Source: Anaerolineales bacterium
GTDB lineage: Bacteria > Chloroflexota > Anaerolineae > Anaerolineales > RBG-16-64-43
Assembly: GCA_049511715.1 (NCBI GenBank)
Contig: JBEKXU010000010.1
Coordinates: forward strand, 24,793-88,792
DNA length: 64,000 nucleotides
Reading direction: 5' to 3'
The notes below the pieces were generated by a model. The model was given only the letters and a program-made list of their open reading frames with translations. It was not told the origin of the DNA and made no database searches. Shown here piece after piece: positions 30,088 through 39,680 of the stretch; within the stretch, counting starts at the first letter, position 1; every line of letters starts with the position of its first letter. A program made the position numbers and the translations under genes.

Positions 30088-30096
30088 TGGTATAAT
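30088..30096 (+). promoter_or_regulatory. Extended -10 promoter candidate (TGgTATAAT) for sucCD
   Basis: TGGTATAAT ends 20 nt upstream of the sucC ATG, and a GGAGAG SD lies between them. Confidence 0.5.
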
Positions 30097-30116
30097 CCGG
30101 CCGGCGGAGAGTATCG

Positions 30117-31250
30117 ATGAAGCTCCACGAATACCAATCCAAGCAAATCTTTGCCGACAATGGGGTTCCGATTCCCAAGGGCCGAGTCGCGGCCACCGCA
30201 GCGGCGGCGAAGGAGATCGCCGAGGAGTTGGGTGGCCGCGTTGTCATTAAGGCGCAGGTGCTAGTGGGAGGCCGAGGCAAGGCGGGAGGGATCCGCCTGG
30301 TTCGGTCCCCTTCGGAGGCTGAAGAGGTCGCTACCCAGCTGCTGAGTATGCAGATCAAGGGTCTTTCCGTGCGCCGCGTCCTCGTGGATGAGGCGGCGAG
30401 CATCCGGACGGAAATCTACCTGGGCATCATCAACGACCGTCAGGCGCGTCGGCCGGTCCTGGTCTCCTCAGGGGAAGGGGGGATCGACATCGAAGAGGTG
30501 GCCCGGACCTCGCCCGAGAAGATCGTACGGGTCGCGATCGACCCATTTCTGGGACTGCGCGAGTATCAGAGCCGGGGCGTGGCCGCGCGAATCGGACTCG
30601 ATCGTGAGCTCTGGAAAGCCTTCACCCAGATTGGCCTGGGTCTGTATGGGGCCTACTCCCGATCCGATGCGACCCTGGCCGAGATCAATCCTCTGGTCAT
30701 TACTCAAGAGGGCAAACTTCTGGCCCTCGATGGCAAGATGCTCATCGACGACAACGCGATGTTTCGCCACCCGGACTTGGCGGAGTTGCGAGATATGGAT
30801 GAGGAGCTTCCGGAGGAGACTGAGGCCCGCAAGTACGGCCTCTCTTACGTCAAGCTGGACGGGCAGGTGGGTTGCATGGTGAACGGCGCAGGCCTGGCGA
30901 TGGCGACCATGGATATCATCCGGTCTTGCGGCGGGAACCCCGCCAATTTCCTGGACATCGGAGGGGGGGCGAGCTCGGAAAAGGTCGCTGCCGCCCTTCG
31001 CATCATCCTGGCTGACGAGAACGTCCGGGCGGTACTGCTCAACATCTTCGGGGGGATCACGCGCTGCGACGAGGTGGCCCATGGCATCCTGAACGCTTTG
31101 CAGGGCGTCCCGAGGCCGGTTCCCATGGTCGCACGCTTGGTGGGCACCAACGAGGAAGAAGGAAGACGAATCTTGTCAAGCGCAAAGATGGAAACGGCAC
31201 TGACCCTTCTGGAGGCGGCGCGAAAAGCCGTCGCCTTAGCCCAGGGATAG
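30117..31250 (+). CDS. sucC: Succinyl-CoA synthetase beta subunit
   Basis: [12 protein letters not shown]..., [43 protein letters not shown]. Confidence 0.96.
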   Translation: MKLHEYQSKQIFADNGVPIPKGRVAATAAAAKEIAEELGGRVVIKAQVLVGGRGKAGGIRLVRSPSEAEEVATQLLSMQIKGLSVRRVLVDEAASIRTEIYLGIINDRQARRPVLVSSGEGGIDIEEVARTSPEKIVRVAIDPFLGLREYQSRGVAARIGLDRELWKAFTQIGLGLYGAYSRSDATLAEINPLVITQEGKLLALDGKMLIDDNAMFRHPDLAELRDMDEELPEETEARKYGLSYVKLDGQVGCMVNGAGLAMATMDIIRSCGGNPANFLDIGGGASSEKVAAALRIILADENVRAVLLNIFGGITRCDEVAHGILNALQGVPRPVPMVARLVGTNEEEGRRILSSAKMETALTLLEAARKAVALAQG

Positions 31251-31316
31251 GTGCCGAACGCCCCTGGGGGACCCCTCTCATGAGGCAGGCACCGCGGCTG
31301 GAAGAGTAGGACGTTC

Positions 31317-32180
31317 ATGAGCATTCTGGTCAACAAGAACACGAAGGTCGTGGTTCAAGGGATCACGGGTCGCGAAGGCCTGTTTCACACAGCGCAGATG
31401 CTGGAATACGGCACCCGCGTGGTGGCCGGCGTGCGCCCAGGGAAAGGCGGGGAGTGGGTCATTGAGGGAAAGGTTCCCGTTTTCGACACCGTCTCGGGAG
31501 CCCTCGAGGCGACCGGCGCCAATTGCGCCGTCATCTTTGTTCCCGCTCGCAGCGCGGCCGACGCCATCCTGGAGGCCGGCGAAGCGGGGATCCCCCTGAT
31601 TGTCTGCATCAGTGAAGGCATTCCGGTCCAGGATATGATGCGGGCACGCCTGTTCCTGGACCAGCGAGGCCTGAAACTGGTCGGCCCCAACTGCCCCGGC
31701 CTGCTCACACCGGGTGAGACCAAGGTTGGCATCATCCCCGGCCACATTGCCCGGCCAGGGAATGTTGGGATCGTGTCCCGGTCGGGGACTCTCACGTATG
31801 AGGTGATCCATGCCCTTTCCGAACAGGGTATGGGGCAATCGACGTGCGTGGGGATGGGCGGCGATCCGGTGCACGGCATCGGCTTCCTGGAGGCCCTCGA
31901 ATTGTTCGAAGGAGATCCCCAGACAGACAAGGTCGTGCTGATCGGGGAAATTGGTGGCAACGATGAGGAGAAGGCGGCGGAGTTCATCGCCGACCACATG
32001 ACCAAGCCCGTGGTGGCCTTCATCGCGGGTCGGACCGCCCCGGCGGGGAAGCGCATGGGACATGCCGGGGCGATCATCGAGGGGAGTTCTGGCAGCGCCG
32101 CGGACAAGACGCGGGCGCTGGAAAGCGTGGGTGTGAGGATCGCCGCGTATCCGGAGGAGATCCCGGCCTTGCTGGCGTGA
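31317..32180 (+). CDS. sucD: Succinyl-CoA synthetase alpha subunit
   Basis: [26 protein letters not shown], phosphohistidine loop GHAGAII. Confidence 0.96.
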   Translation: MSILVNKNTKVVVQGITGREGLFHTAQMLEYGTRVVAGVRPGKGGEWVIEGKVPVFDTVSGALEATGANCAVIFVPARSAADAILEAGEAGIPLIVCISEGIPVQDMMRARLFLDQRGLKLVGPNCPGLLTPGETKVGIIPGHIARPGNVGIVSRSGTLTYEVIHALSEQGMGQSTCVGMGGDPVHGIGFLEALELFEGDPQTDKVVLIGEIGGNDEEKAAEFIADHMTKPVVAFIAGRTAPAGKRMGHAGAIIEGSSGSAADKTRALESVGVRIAAYPEEIPALLA

Positions 32181-32911
32181 CGGACACCGCCCTTCCAGGT
32201 GGCGCTGGAGATCCCCGCGCTGGGGAGTGCGCAAAGAGTATGGAGAGAGATCGGCAAGAGCAGCTGGCAGGAGACTCCGGGCAACCTGCGGCGCAGGGCG
32301 AACAGGATTGGATCCGGGTGGGGAACTGGAAAGTGGAGGCCCGACTTCTGAGTCTGACCGCTTCCAGGCGATGCGATTTGGCCGAGTGTCGGGCGCATTG
32401 TTGCGGGGGCGGCGTATGGATCGATGTGGGGGAGGCGGCTCGGATCGTCGCGGTGGCAGAAAAGATCAAACCTCAATTGCCCGAGCCGCTGCGGGACGAG
32501 GAACTATGGTTTGACGGGGTCGTGGAGGCCGATACGGATTTCCCGACCGGCTACGCGATGGGAACGCGCATTCAGCCCAACCCGGACCATCCGATGGGAA
32601 CGGCCTGCGTCTTTCTGCGGCCCGATTACCGTTGCGCCCTGCAAGTGGCCGGAGAGGCAAATGGGCAAAGAGCGTGGGAGTACAAGCCCTTTTACTGTGC
32701 TCTTCACCCCATTACCCGGAGCGGCCAGGAAATTGGGCTGGATGCCGAGAACGAGATCTACATCGAAGGCGGCAACTGCCACAGGCCGGGCGTCAAGCAG
32801 ATCCCGATGTATCTGTTCTTCGAGCCGGAATTGCGCTTGGCCATGGGTGATAACGACTTCAATGCGCTCCGGGCCATAGCCCGGGGAAGTCCCGCGCCGC
32901 CTGCGCCCTAG
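32177..32911 (+). CDS. DUF3109-like Cys-rich protein (putative metal/Fe-S binding)
   Basis: [16 protein letters not shown]..., ACVFL...YRCALQ..., [10 protein letters not shown] pattern as I recall for DUF3109/YkgJ-like proteins. GTG overlaps the sucD stop; an alternative ATG (MERDRQ...) lies ~60 nt downstream. Confidence 0.6.
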   Translation: MTDTALPGGAGDPRAGECAKSMERDRQEQLAGDSGQPAAQGEQDWIRVGNWKVEARLLSLTASRRCDLAECRAHCCGGGVWIDVGEAARIVAVAEKIKPQLPEPLRDEELWFDGVVEADTDFPTGYAMGTRIQPNPDHPMGTACVFLRPDYRCALQVAGEANGQRAWEYKPFYCALHPITRSGQEIGLDAENEIYIEGGNCHRPGVKQIPMYLFFEPELRLAMGDNDFNALRAIARGSPAPPAP

Positions 32912-33471
32912 CGGATCTTCTTCAGGGCCATGGCTCGAATGGCTGCTTCAATTCCCAAGACTTGATGGCGCCCAGGCGGCTCTCGGAATCGTTGAAGCCG
33001 TCTCAGGATGGTGATACACTCGGCCAATCCGCTGGATCCGTGTCTTTTCCTGAATTTCGAGTGACTCGCCAAGGACTCGCGATGTCAAGAGGAGAGCCGA
33101 GTACTGTCATGCGAGCCCTCACCTCGTTCTTGAGGTTCCCCTGTTCGCCCTCTGCGGGCCGTTCCTTGGTTCCTACCAACCTCCCTTCCGCGCGCCTGAC
33201 TTTCGCCTCCTTCGCCCCTGGCACGGGACCAGCCCGAAATGCCTTTGCGGGGGTCGCCGGAACCTTTGCCCCCGCTCCCCGATTGGCCGGTTGGGCCTGG
33301 GAAGCCGCGCCTCGATCTGGGACTGGCGGGCCCACACGGGCCTTTGTATTCTTTGGGGTGCGGGGACGGGACGGTGCCTCCTGGCAGGCAGGATTCGACC
33401 TTACCGGCAAGTCTCCTGTGAGCCGCTCAGTGCTTTGGAGTCTTTGGGATGACTAGAAACGGGAGAGGTCG

Positions 33472-35481
33472 ATGCCACTGAGCACTCCCTCGACGGTCTT
33501 CGGGCTCGTTCCTCTGGTGGTCTTTCTCCCGTTGGTTGCCCTGCTGCTCAATATGGCCCTCGGGCGCCGCCTGGGCGAGCGCTTCGTTTCCTGGGTCGCC
33601 TGTTTGGCGGCCCTGCTTGCCCTGGGGATGTCCCTGGCTTTGGCTGTGGAGCTGCTCATTGCCCCCGCCGGGGCGGTCATTCATCTCGCGGATTGGATCC
33701 AGGTCGGCCGAGTCGCGGTGCCTTGGGATTTCCGCGTGGACACCCTTTCCGTGACCATGATGCTGGTCGTCACGGGAGTCGGCTCTCTGATCCATGTATA
33801 CGCCGTAGGCTACATGCATGAGGATGTACGGATCAATCAGGATCCGGGTCGATATACCCGTTTCTTTGTTTACTTCAATCTCTTCTTGGTGGCGATGCTC
33901 GTTCTGGTCTGCGCCGACAGCTTCCTGATGATGTTCGTAGGGTGGGAGGGGGTCGGTTTGTGCTCCTATCTGCTGATCAGCTTCTGGTATGAGAAAGGAA
34001 AGGATGGCATCGGCAATGCGGTGGCCGGGCGGAAGGCTTTCGTGGCGACCCGCATCGGTGATGCCGGCTTCCTGCTGGCCATGGTTTTGGTTTTTTGGAC
34101 GTTTGGTAGTCTGAGCTTTGGGCCAGTGTTCTCGAAGGCCCAGCAGCTGGGGACCGCCGTGAGCGGTACGGCGACCGCCATCACTCTCCTGCTCCTGCTT
34201 GGAGCCGTGGGCAAGTCGGCTCAGATTCCTCTGCATGTTTGGCTGCCCGACGCGATGGCTGGCCCCACCCCGGTCTCTGCTCTGATCCACGCCGCCACGA
34301 TGGTCACGGCGGGGATTTACATGGTCGCCCGCATGCACGTCCTCTTCGCGCTAGCCCCCTTCTCGCAGGAGGTCGCGGCGCTGTTGGGGGCTCTTACCGC
34401 CCTCTTTGCGGCCTCCATCGCCCTGGCCCAGAACGACATCAAGAAAGTCCTGGCCTACTCGACGATCAGCCAGCTCGGTTACATGATGGCTGCGGCGGGT
34501 CTGGGGGCCTATGTGGCCGCAATGTTTCAACTGTTGACGCATGCCTTTTTCAAGGCCCTGCTCTTCCTGGGTGCCGGGTCCGTGATTCAAGGGCTGGAGC
34601 GGAGTCACCGGAGTCTGGCTGCGGCAGGCCGCCGTGAGGGGGCCGCCAACGAAGGCGAGGAATTCAACGCGCAGGACATGCGGAATATGGGGGGATTATG
34701 GGGCAAGATGCCCATTACCTCCTGGACCTACCTGCTCGCGGCTTTGGCGCTATCCGGCATTCCCCCCACGGCCGGCTTCTTTTCCAAAGACGAGATTCTC
34801 ACCGATGCGGCGAACAAGAGCTTGCTAATTTTCTTCCTGCTGGCCTTGGGGGCATTCCTCACCGCGCTTTACATGACTCGCCAGGTGTGGCTGGTCTTCT
34901 TCGCCAAGCCGCGGACGGCGCCGGCGGAGAAGGCCCGAGAGAATCCGGCGGTCATGATCGGGCCGTTGATCGTGCTGGCCATCGGCGCGCTCTTGGGAGG
35001 GTTGATCAACTTTCCGGGCTTGTCCAGTTTGGGCCAATGGCTTGCCCACACCTTGGGTGAGGAGCAGACAGCCCTCTTCAGCCTGCCCGTCTCGCTGCTC
35101 TCCACGGGGTTGGCGCTTCTGGCGGTTGTGTTGGGGGTGATGACCTATCGGTCGCGGGAGGCGCGCCCAGGCGCCTTGGATCCTCTGAGGCGGATCCTGG
35201 GGCCGGTTTTTGGCGCCCTGGAAAACGGATGGTGGGTGGACTCGTTCTACCATCTCGTGATTCTGAGACCTTACCATTGGCTGGCAGTATTCCTCTCCGA
35301 TCGGGTCGATTCCCAGGGGGTTGCCGTCGCCTTCGATGGCCTGGGGACTCTGGCGCGCCAGACGGGCGAGGGGCTGCGCAGGCTTCAGGTCGGCAAGGTA
35401 CGCACCTACCTGCTCATCATTCTGGTGGCGGCCATCTTGATCCTGGGCTATTTTCTCCTCCTTCCAGGGGGAGGGCTTTAG
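33472..35481 (+). CDS. nuoL: NADH-quinone oxidoreductase subunit L (antiporter-like, with C-terminal lateral helix/TM)
   Basis: 669 aa, ~16 TM. Conserved WEGVGLCSYLLI, GAVGKSAQIPLHVWLPDAM, LAYSTISQLGYM, HAFFKALLFL. GGGAGAGG SD. Confidence 0.93.
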   Translation: MPLSTPSTVFGLVPLVVFLPLVALLLNMALGRRLGERFVSWVACLAALLALGMSLALAVELLIAPAGAVIHLADWIQVGRVAVPWDFRVDTLSVTMMLVVTGVGSLIHVYAVGYMHEDVRINQDPGRYTRFFVYFNLFLVAMLVLVCADSFLMMFVGWEGVGLCSYLLISFWYEKGKDGIGNAVAGRKAFVATRIGDAGFLLAMVLVFWTFGSLSFGPVFSKAQQLGTAVSGTATAITLLLLLGAVGKSAQIPLHVWLPDAMAGPTPVSALIHAATMVTAGIYMVARMHVLFALAPFSQEVAALLGALTALFAASIALAQNDIKKVLAYSTISQLGYMMAAAGLGAYVAAMFQLLTHAFFKALLFLGAGSVIQGLERSHRSLAAAGRREGAANEGEEFNAQDMRNMGGLWGKMPITSWTYLLAALALSGIPPTAGFFSKDEILTDAANKSLLIFFLLALGAFLTALYMTRQVWLVFFAKPRTAPAEKARENPAVMIGPLIVLAIGALLGGLINFPGLSSLGQWLAHTLGEEQTALFSLPVSLLSTGLALLAVVLGVMTYRSREARPGALDPLRRILGPVFGALENGWWVDSFYHLVILRPYHWLAVFLSDRVDSQGVAVAFDGLGTLARQTGEGLRRLQVGKVRTYLLIILVAAILILGYFLLLPGGGL

Positions 35482-35514
35482 CCGGGCCGGGCAAGCGGCC
35501 GGGTAAGGAAGAAC

Positions 35515-37026
35515 ATGAGTGTGCTGCTTCATCCTCTGACGTTGGTGATCTTCTTCCCCTTGGTGGGGGTCGTGGTCCTGCTTTTCCTCAGGGAGGAGCA
35601 ACGCAGGTGGCAAGAATGGGTCGCCTTCCTCACTTCCCTGGCCACCTTCGCCCTGTCGCTCTGGGTCCTGGCACGCTTCCAGCTGGGCAACCCCGGCATG
35701 CAGCTCGAGCTGCGCGCCCCATGGATCCACATCGGTGGCATCTGGAATATCGACTACCACCTGGGGGTGGATGGGATCAGCCTTCTCTTTCTTTTGTTGA
35801 CCACACTGCTTTCGACCGTAGCCATCCTCTCCAGCTGGGGGACCGTCAAGGATCGGGCGCGCGAGTTCTACATCCTCTTCTTGCTTCTGGAAATCGGATT
35901 GGTGGGCGTTTTCCTGGCGCTGGACTTGTTCCTCTTCTATATCTTCTGGGAGTTCAGCCTGGTGCCGATGTACTTCTTGATTGGCATCTGGGGCGGGCCG
36001 CGCAAAATCCAAGCCGCGCTCAAGTTTTTCATCTACACCATGGCCGGCTCGGTTCTCATGTTCCTGGCCATCATCTGGCTGGGAATTTCGGCCGGGACCT
36101 TCTCCCTCCCCGACCTCATGGCCCGAGGTCCCCTGGCCCTCTCCACCCAAACCCTGCTGTTTCTTGCTTTTGCCCTGGCGTTTGCCATCAAGGTTCCCAT
36201 TTGGCCTCTTCACTCCTGGCTGCCCGATGCGCACGTAGAGGCCCCAACGGCCGCCTCCGTTCTCCTGGCCGGCATCCTGCTAAAAATGGGCACTTATGGT
36301 TTCCTGCGCTTCAACCTCACTCTTTTTCCCCAGGCTTCGATCCGGTTTGCCCCTCTGATCGGCGCCCTCGCCGTCATCGGGATCCTATACGGGGCGGCGG
36401 TCTCCTATGCCCAGAAAGACTGGAAGAAGCTCGTCGCTTTCTCTTCGGTCAGTCACATGGGTTTCGTGATGTTGGGTCTGTTTGCTTTGAACCCCGAAGG
36501 AGTTGAGGGCGCCCTTCTGCAGATGGTCAACCACGGGATCTCCACGGGAGCTTTGTTCCTCATCGTGGGCATGATTTACGAGCGCCGGCACACCCGGGAA
36601 CTGGCTGCTCTTGGAGGGGTCTGGAGGCAGATGCCAATTTACGGGGGGCTGGCCCTCGTGGTCTCGCTTTCTTCCATGGGCCTGCCCGGGCTCAATGGAT
36701 TCGTCGGGGAGTTCACCATCCTGCTCGGCGCTTACGGTTCCCGGGTCCTGGGTTCCCCCGTTTTTGCGGTCTTGGGCGTTGTCGGGGTTGTCCTTGCGGC
36801 CATCTATATCCTGCTGATGTTCGAGAGGGTCTTTCTGGGGACCTCCCGGGACCCAGGAAATCAGGCCCTGAAGGACCTATCCGTGAGGGAAGTAATCACC
36901 CTGGCGCCCTTGGTCCTGCTCATGTTCTGGATCGGGCTCTACCCTAAGCCCTTCTTTGCTCTGATGGCCCCCTCCGTGATGAAAGTGGTCTCCGGCCTTC
37001 AAGGCGCCGCGGTGGCCCTTCGTTAG
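35515..37026 (+). CDS. nuoM: NADH-quinone oxidoreductase subunit M
   Basis: 503 aa. FYIFWEFSLVPMYFLIGIWGG, AFAIKVPIWPLHSWLPDAHVEAPTA, VAFSSVSHMGFV. Confidence 0.93.
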   Translation: MSVLLHPLTLVIFFPLVGVVVLLFLREEQRRWQEWVAFLTSLATFALSLWVLARFQLGNPGMQLELRAPWIHIGGIWNIDYHLGVDGISLLFLLLTTLLSTVAILSSWGTVKDRAREFYILFLLLEIGLVGVFLALDLFLFYIFWEFSLVPMYFLIGIWGGPRKIQAALKFFIYTMAGSVLMFLAIIWLGISAGTFSLPDLMARGPLALSTQTLLFLAFALAFAIKVPIWPLHSWLPDAHVEAPTAASVLLAGILLKMGTYGFLRFNLTLFPQASIRFAPLIGALAVIGILYGAAVSYAQKDWKKLVAFSSVSHMGFVMLGLFALNPEGVEGALLQMVNHGISTGALFLIVGMIYERRHTRELAALGGVWRQMPIYGGLALVVSLSSMGLPGLNGFVGEFTILLGAYGSRVLGSPVFAVLGVVGVVLAAIYILLMFERVFLGTSRDPGNQALKDLSVREVITLAPLVLLMFWIGLYPKPFFALMAPSVMKVVSGLQGAAVALR

Positions 37027-37140
37027 CCGCGCTTGAGACAGGGCCCAAGCCGTGCTTCGGGCTGGGGTCCGGCCCGAACCGTGTGAGGTGGGATGTGGAT
37101 CGCTCCTCGGCCGAGAGGCCGGAGGAATCCGGGAGGGCGA

Positions 37141-37149
37141 TGATATAAT
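37141..37149 (+). promoter_or_regulatory. Extended -10 promoter candidate (TGaTATAAT) for tRNA-Ser
   Basis: TGATATAAT ends 42 nt upstream of the tRNA-Ser 5' end. Confidence 0.5.
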
Positions 37150-37191
37150 CGCGACGCGTCGCCGGGGTCGACCATCCTCGGCAGAAGCATT

Positions 37192-37278
37192 GGAGAGGTT
37201 GCGTAGTCCGGTCTAACGCGCGCGCCTGGAGAGCGCGTGAGCCGAAAGGCTCCGCGGGTTCAAATCCCGCCCTCTCCG
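37192..37278 (+). tRNA. tRNA-Ser (anticodon GGA)
   Basis: Hand-folded cloverleaf: acceptor GGAGAGG/CCTCTCC, D-stem GCGT/ACGC, anticodon stem CGCGC/GCGCG with loop CTGGAGA, long variable arm GAGCC-GAAA-GGCTC, T-arm GCGGG-TTCAAAT-CCCGC, discriminator G. CCA is not encoded. Confidence 0.93.
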
Positions 37279-37285
37279 CCTTGTG

Positions 37286-37313
37286 GGCACCGAAGTACGG
37301 TGCCTTTTCTTTT
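37286..37313 (+). terminator. Intrinsic terminator after tRNA-Ser
   Basis: Stem GGCACCG / CGGTGCC, loop AAGTA, followed by TTTTCTTTT. Confidence 0.75.
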
Positions 37314-37324
37314 GGCTGGTCCGG

Positions 37325-38392
37325 TCAGGGGTTTGCTGCGAGGCGGGCTTTGAGGTCCTGGATTACCTGCACCGGGGTCGGATTGACAGCGTAACCCATC
37401 GCGAGGTAGTAGGACGTATAGTCTCCAAAATGCACGGCCGTCAGCATTTGTGACAGGGGACTGTCCCCTGCCGCGCTGAATTCGTCCGTGTTGAACCCCT
37501 CCTCCATCAGCAGCTCGCGCGTGAATTCCGACCGGAGTCGGTTCCTGGGGTGATCAAAGCTCGAACGAAGGAAGACCAGCCGGAAGCGATCGATCAGTTC
37601 CTCAGGAAAGCGGGAGCCGGCGATCGCGTTGTGATCAAGTTCGGGAAGTTCCTCGAACTGACCCCAGGCCTTGGCGACCTCGGCAACCTGAGTTCGCCAG
37701 CGGCGGGCCACCGGGGCGAGCAGGTCGGAGGCAAAGATGGCCACGAACCGGCCGATCCATTGGCCGGCCATGCGCTTGGCCGGGTTGCGTACGGCAGGAA
37801 CTTCGGCCCGCAGGCTGGCTTGTTGGGTTCGTAGGGCCGTGAGGGCCTGGGCGATTTCCTCCTGCGGATCAGGAATCCATCCGAGTCGAGAGAAGAGGCA
37901 CAAAGGCAGGGCGAATAGGTAGCCGAGCGCAGCGCGAGGCTGGGCCTGAAAATCGAATTGCCACAGCGACGCGCCGTTCTGTTTGGCGGCGAGATGGGCC
38001 AGAGTGCCTCCGCTGGTGATCGCCAGAACAGGGATTCGTCGGTCGAGTGCCGCCCGGAAGGCTGAAAGGGTTTCCTCCGTTTCTCCTGAGTAGGAGATGG
38101 CCAGAACCAGCGTGTCCTCGCCCGCGGCCCAGGCGGGCAGTCCGTAGTTGCGCCAAACCGAAAGAGGTACCCGCGACCTGGAGGCCGTGTAGGCCTCCAG
38201 GAGCGAACCCCCGATCGCCGAGCCTCCCACGCCGGCCACAATGACCTGCCGGGCTGTGGCCAGGGACGGCGGCAGAGGAAGCTTGCGCCCCAGATTCCAC
38301 GCGGTCTCGATCTGTTCGGGCAGTCCGTCAATCCGATCCAGCATCCGGTCCGGGTCCAGGGAGCGGAAGCGCGTCAGATCATCCAGATCCAC
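37325..38392 (-). CDS. Bifunctional phosphoglucose/phosphomannose isomerase (SIS domains)
   Basis: VIVAGVGGSAIGG, ISYSGETEET and two SIS-like halves. GTG start overlaps the rsmI stop by 1 nt. Confidence 0.85.
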   Translation of the reverse strand: MDLDDLTRFRSLDPDRMLDRIDGLPEQIETAWNLGRKLPLPPSLATARQVIVAGVGGSAIGGSLLEAYTASRSRVPLSVWRNYGLPAWAAGEDTLVLAISYSGETEETLSAFRAALDRRIPVLAITSGGTLAHLAAKQNGASLWQFDFQAQPRAALGYLFALPLCLFSRLGWIPDPQEEIAQALTALRTQQASLRAEVPAVRNPAKRMAGQWIGRFVAIFASDLLAPVARRWRTQVAEVAKAWGQFEELPELDHNAIAGSRFPEELIDRFRLVFLRSSFDHPRNRLRSEFTRELLMEEGFNTDEFSAAGDSPLSQMLTAVHFGDYTSYYLAMGYAVNPTPVQVIQDLKARLAANP

Positions 38393-39264
38393 TAGGAACC
38401 TCCTGCCGCGGGTTTCTTTCCTTTGGGCGGGGCCGTAGGGCGCTTATCCTTTGGGGTGGCCATCTCGTAAATCACACGTCTCTCCCAGCCGCTGGCCTTT
38501 GCGATCTCGGCCGAGATCCGGCTGGGCGGGATGCCCTGGGCCGCGCGTTCGCGCAGAGCTCGCGAAACCCGTGCCCGGCTCCATTTCACCGAGTGATGTG
38601 GAAGCCCTTCCACGATCAGGGTCACTTCCCCTTGGACCGGGGCCGGGTCAAAGTGCGAAAGGGCTTCCGCCGGGGTGCCGCGGAAAATTTCCTCATGGAG
38701 CTTGGTCAACTCGCGCGCCACCGCAAGTGACCTCGGTCCCATCACGGTCTGGATGTCCCCCAGAGTTGCCTTCAGGCGACTCGGCGCTTCCAGAGCCACC
38801 AGGGTTCGCCGCTGGGAGGCCCATTCCTTGAGCAGGGCGCGCCGCGGCAGCGCCCTCCTCGGAAGGAATCCCAGGTACACGAACCCATCCGTGGGAAGCC
38901 CGGAGGCCACCAGGGCCGCGATGGGAGCCGACGGGCCTGGGATCGGCACGATTCGATGCCCCCGCGCAATCGCCGCCCTCACCAGTTCAAACCCCGGGTC
39001 GTTCAATCCGGGGGTCCCGGCATCGCTCACCACAGCCACATCTCCGCGGTCCAGCGCCGCCAGCATGTCGTCCAGGCGCCGTAGCTTGTTATGCTCAAAA
39101 TAGGAGAGGAGCTCCGTGTGGATGTCAAAATGGGAAAAGAGCTCCCTGGTCCGGCGCGTGTCCTCGGCGGCCACCAGAGGGACCTCCCTCAGAATGCGCA
39201 CGGCCCGGGGGGACATGTCTTCCAGGTTGCCGATGGGGGTTGCGACGAGATACAGAGTGGGCAT
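38392..39264 (-). CDS. rsmI: 16S rRNA (cytidine1402-2'-O)-methyltransferase
   Basis: MPTLYLVATPIGNLEDMSPRAVRIL...AAEDTRRT..., GTPGLNDPG. ATG at 39264 within the longer listed ORF. Lys/Pro-rich C-terminal tail. Confidence 0.92.
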   Translation of the reverse strand: MPTLYLVATPIGNLEDMSPRAVRILREVPLVAAEDTRRTRELFSHFDIHTELLSYFEHNKLRRLDDMLAALDRGDVAVVSDAGTPGLNDPGFELVRAAIARGHRIVPIPGPSAPIAALVASGLPTDGFVYLGFLPRRALPRRALLKEWASQRRTLVALEAPSRLKATLGDIQTVMGPRSLAVARELTKLHEEIFRGTPAEALSHFDPAPVQGEVTLIVEGLPHHSVKWSRARVSRALRERAAQGIPPSRISAEIAKASGWERRVIYEMATPKDKRPTAPPKGKKPAAGGS

Positions 39265-39274
39265 GACGCGGGAG

Positions 39275-39283
39275 ATTCTAGCA
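39275..39283 (-). promoter_or_regulatory. Extended -10 promoter candidate (TGcTAGAAT) giving a near-leaderless rsmI mRNA
   Basis: The minus strand reads TGCTAGAATctcccgcgtcATG. Only 10 nt separate the -10 element from the start codon, and there is no SD. Confidence 0.45.
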
Positions 39284-39680
39284 CAGCACATGGCGCCCTC
39301 CCGCAGTCCATCGTTTCCAGCTTGGCAGGACCGGGAGGTCGAATCCGGGGTCAGGGTCCCGTCGGGTCTTCCCCTATCCGCAGATACAAGCGCCCTGCAT
39401 CGCAACCACTGCGGAGAGGGCTTCCCGGGGTGGAAGAAGACAATAGTTGAAGGGCCGGACCGGTGAGGTCAAAGATCGATTGCGAATCTCCCCCCACCGC
39501 AGAGGTCCGGCTTGGATGGATTGCCCATCTCAGGAGGTCCGCCACTGCATGTCCTCGGACCCGCTTCGACGCCGGTATCTCGGAGACGGGCTGGCGACCG
39601 TGCGCCGCCTACGGGACCGGGAGAGGGGTGCCGCCGCTCACGAGGGTGCTGCGGGAAAAGGCCAGACAAGGGCCCACAGG

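Noticed and set aside
32911-33084. Minus-strand reading frame ending at 32908 (…[39 protein letters not shown]), as a gene remnant.
   Set aside because: It is only 58 codons long between stops with no usable start. The upstream continuation after the stop is non-protein-like, and I recognise no family.
33003-33410. 135-aa minus-strand ORF (and the overlapping 164-aa plus-strand ORF) in the spacer before nuoL, as real genes.
   Set aside because: The translation is a disordered P/A/G/R/K-rich sequence with a TTG start and no SD. Third-position GC (~55-70% in the stretch I counted) is not distinctive. Only the terminal 35-codon part has a good SD, and that is reported as a low-confidence observation instead.
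39331-39350. CCGGGAGGTCGAATCCGGGG, resembling a tRNA T-arm (GGTTCGAATCC).
   Set aside because: The flanks do not form a 5-bp T-stem, acceptor stem or anticodon arm. It is not a tRNA or tmRNA fragment that I can fold.
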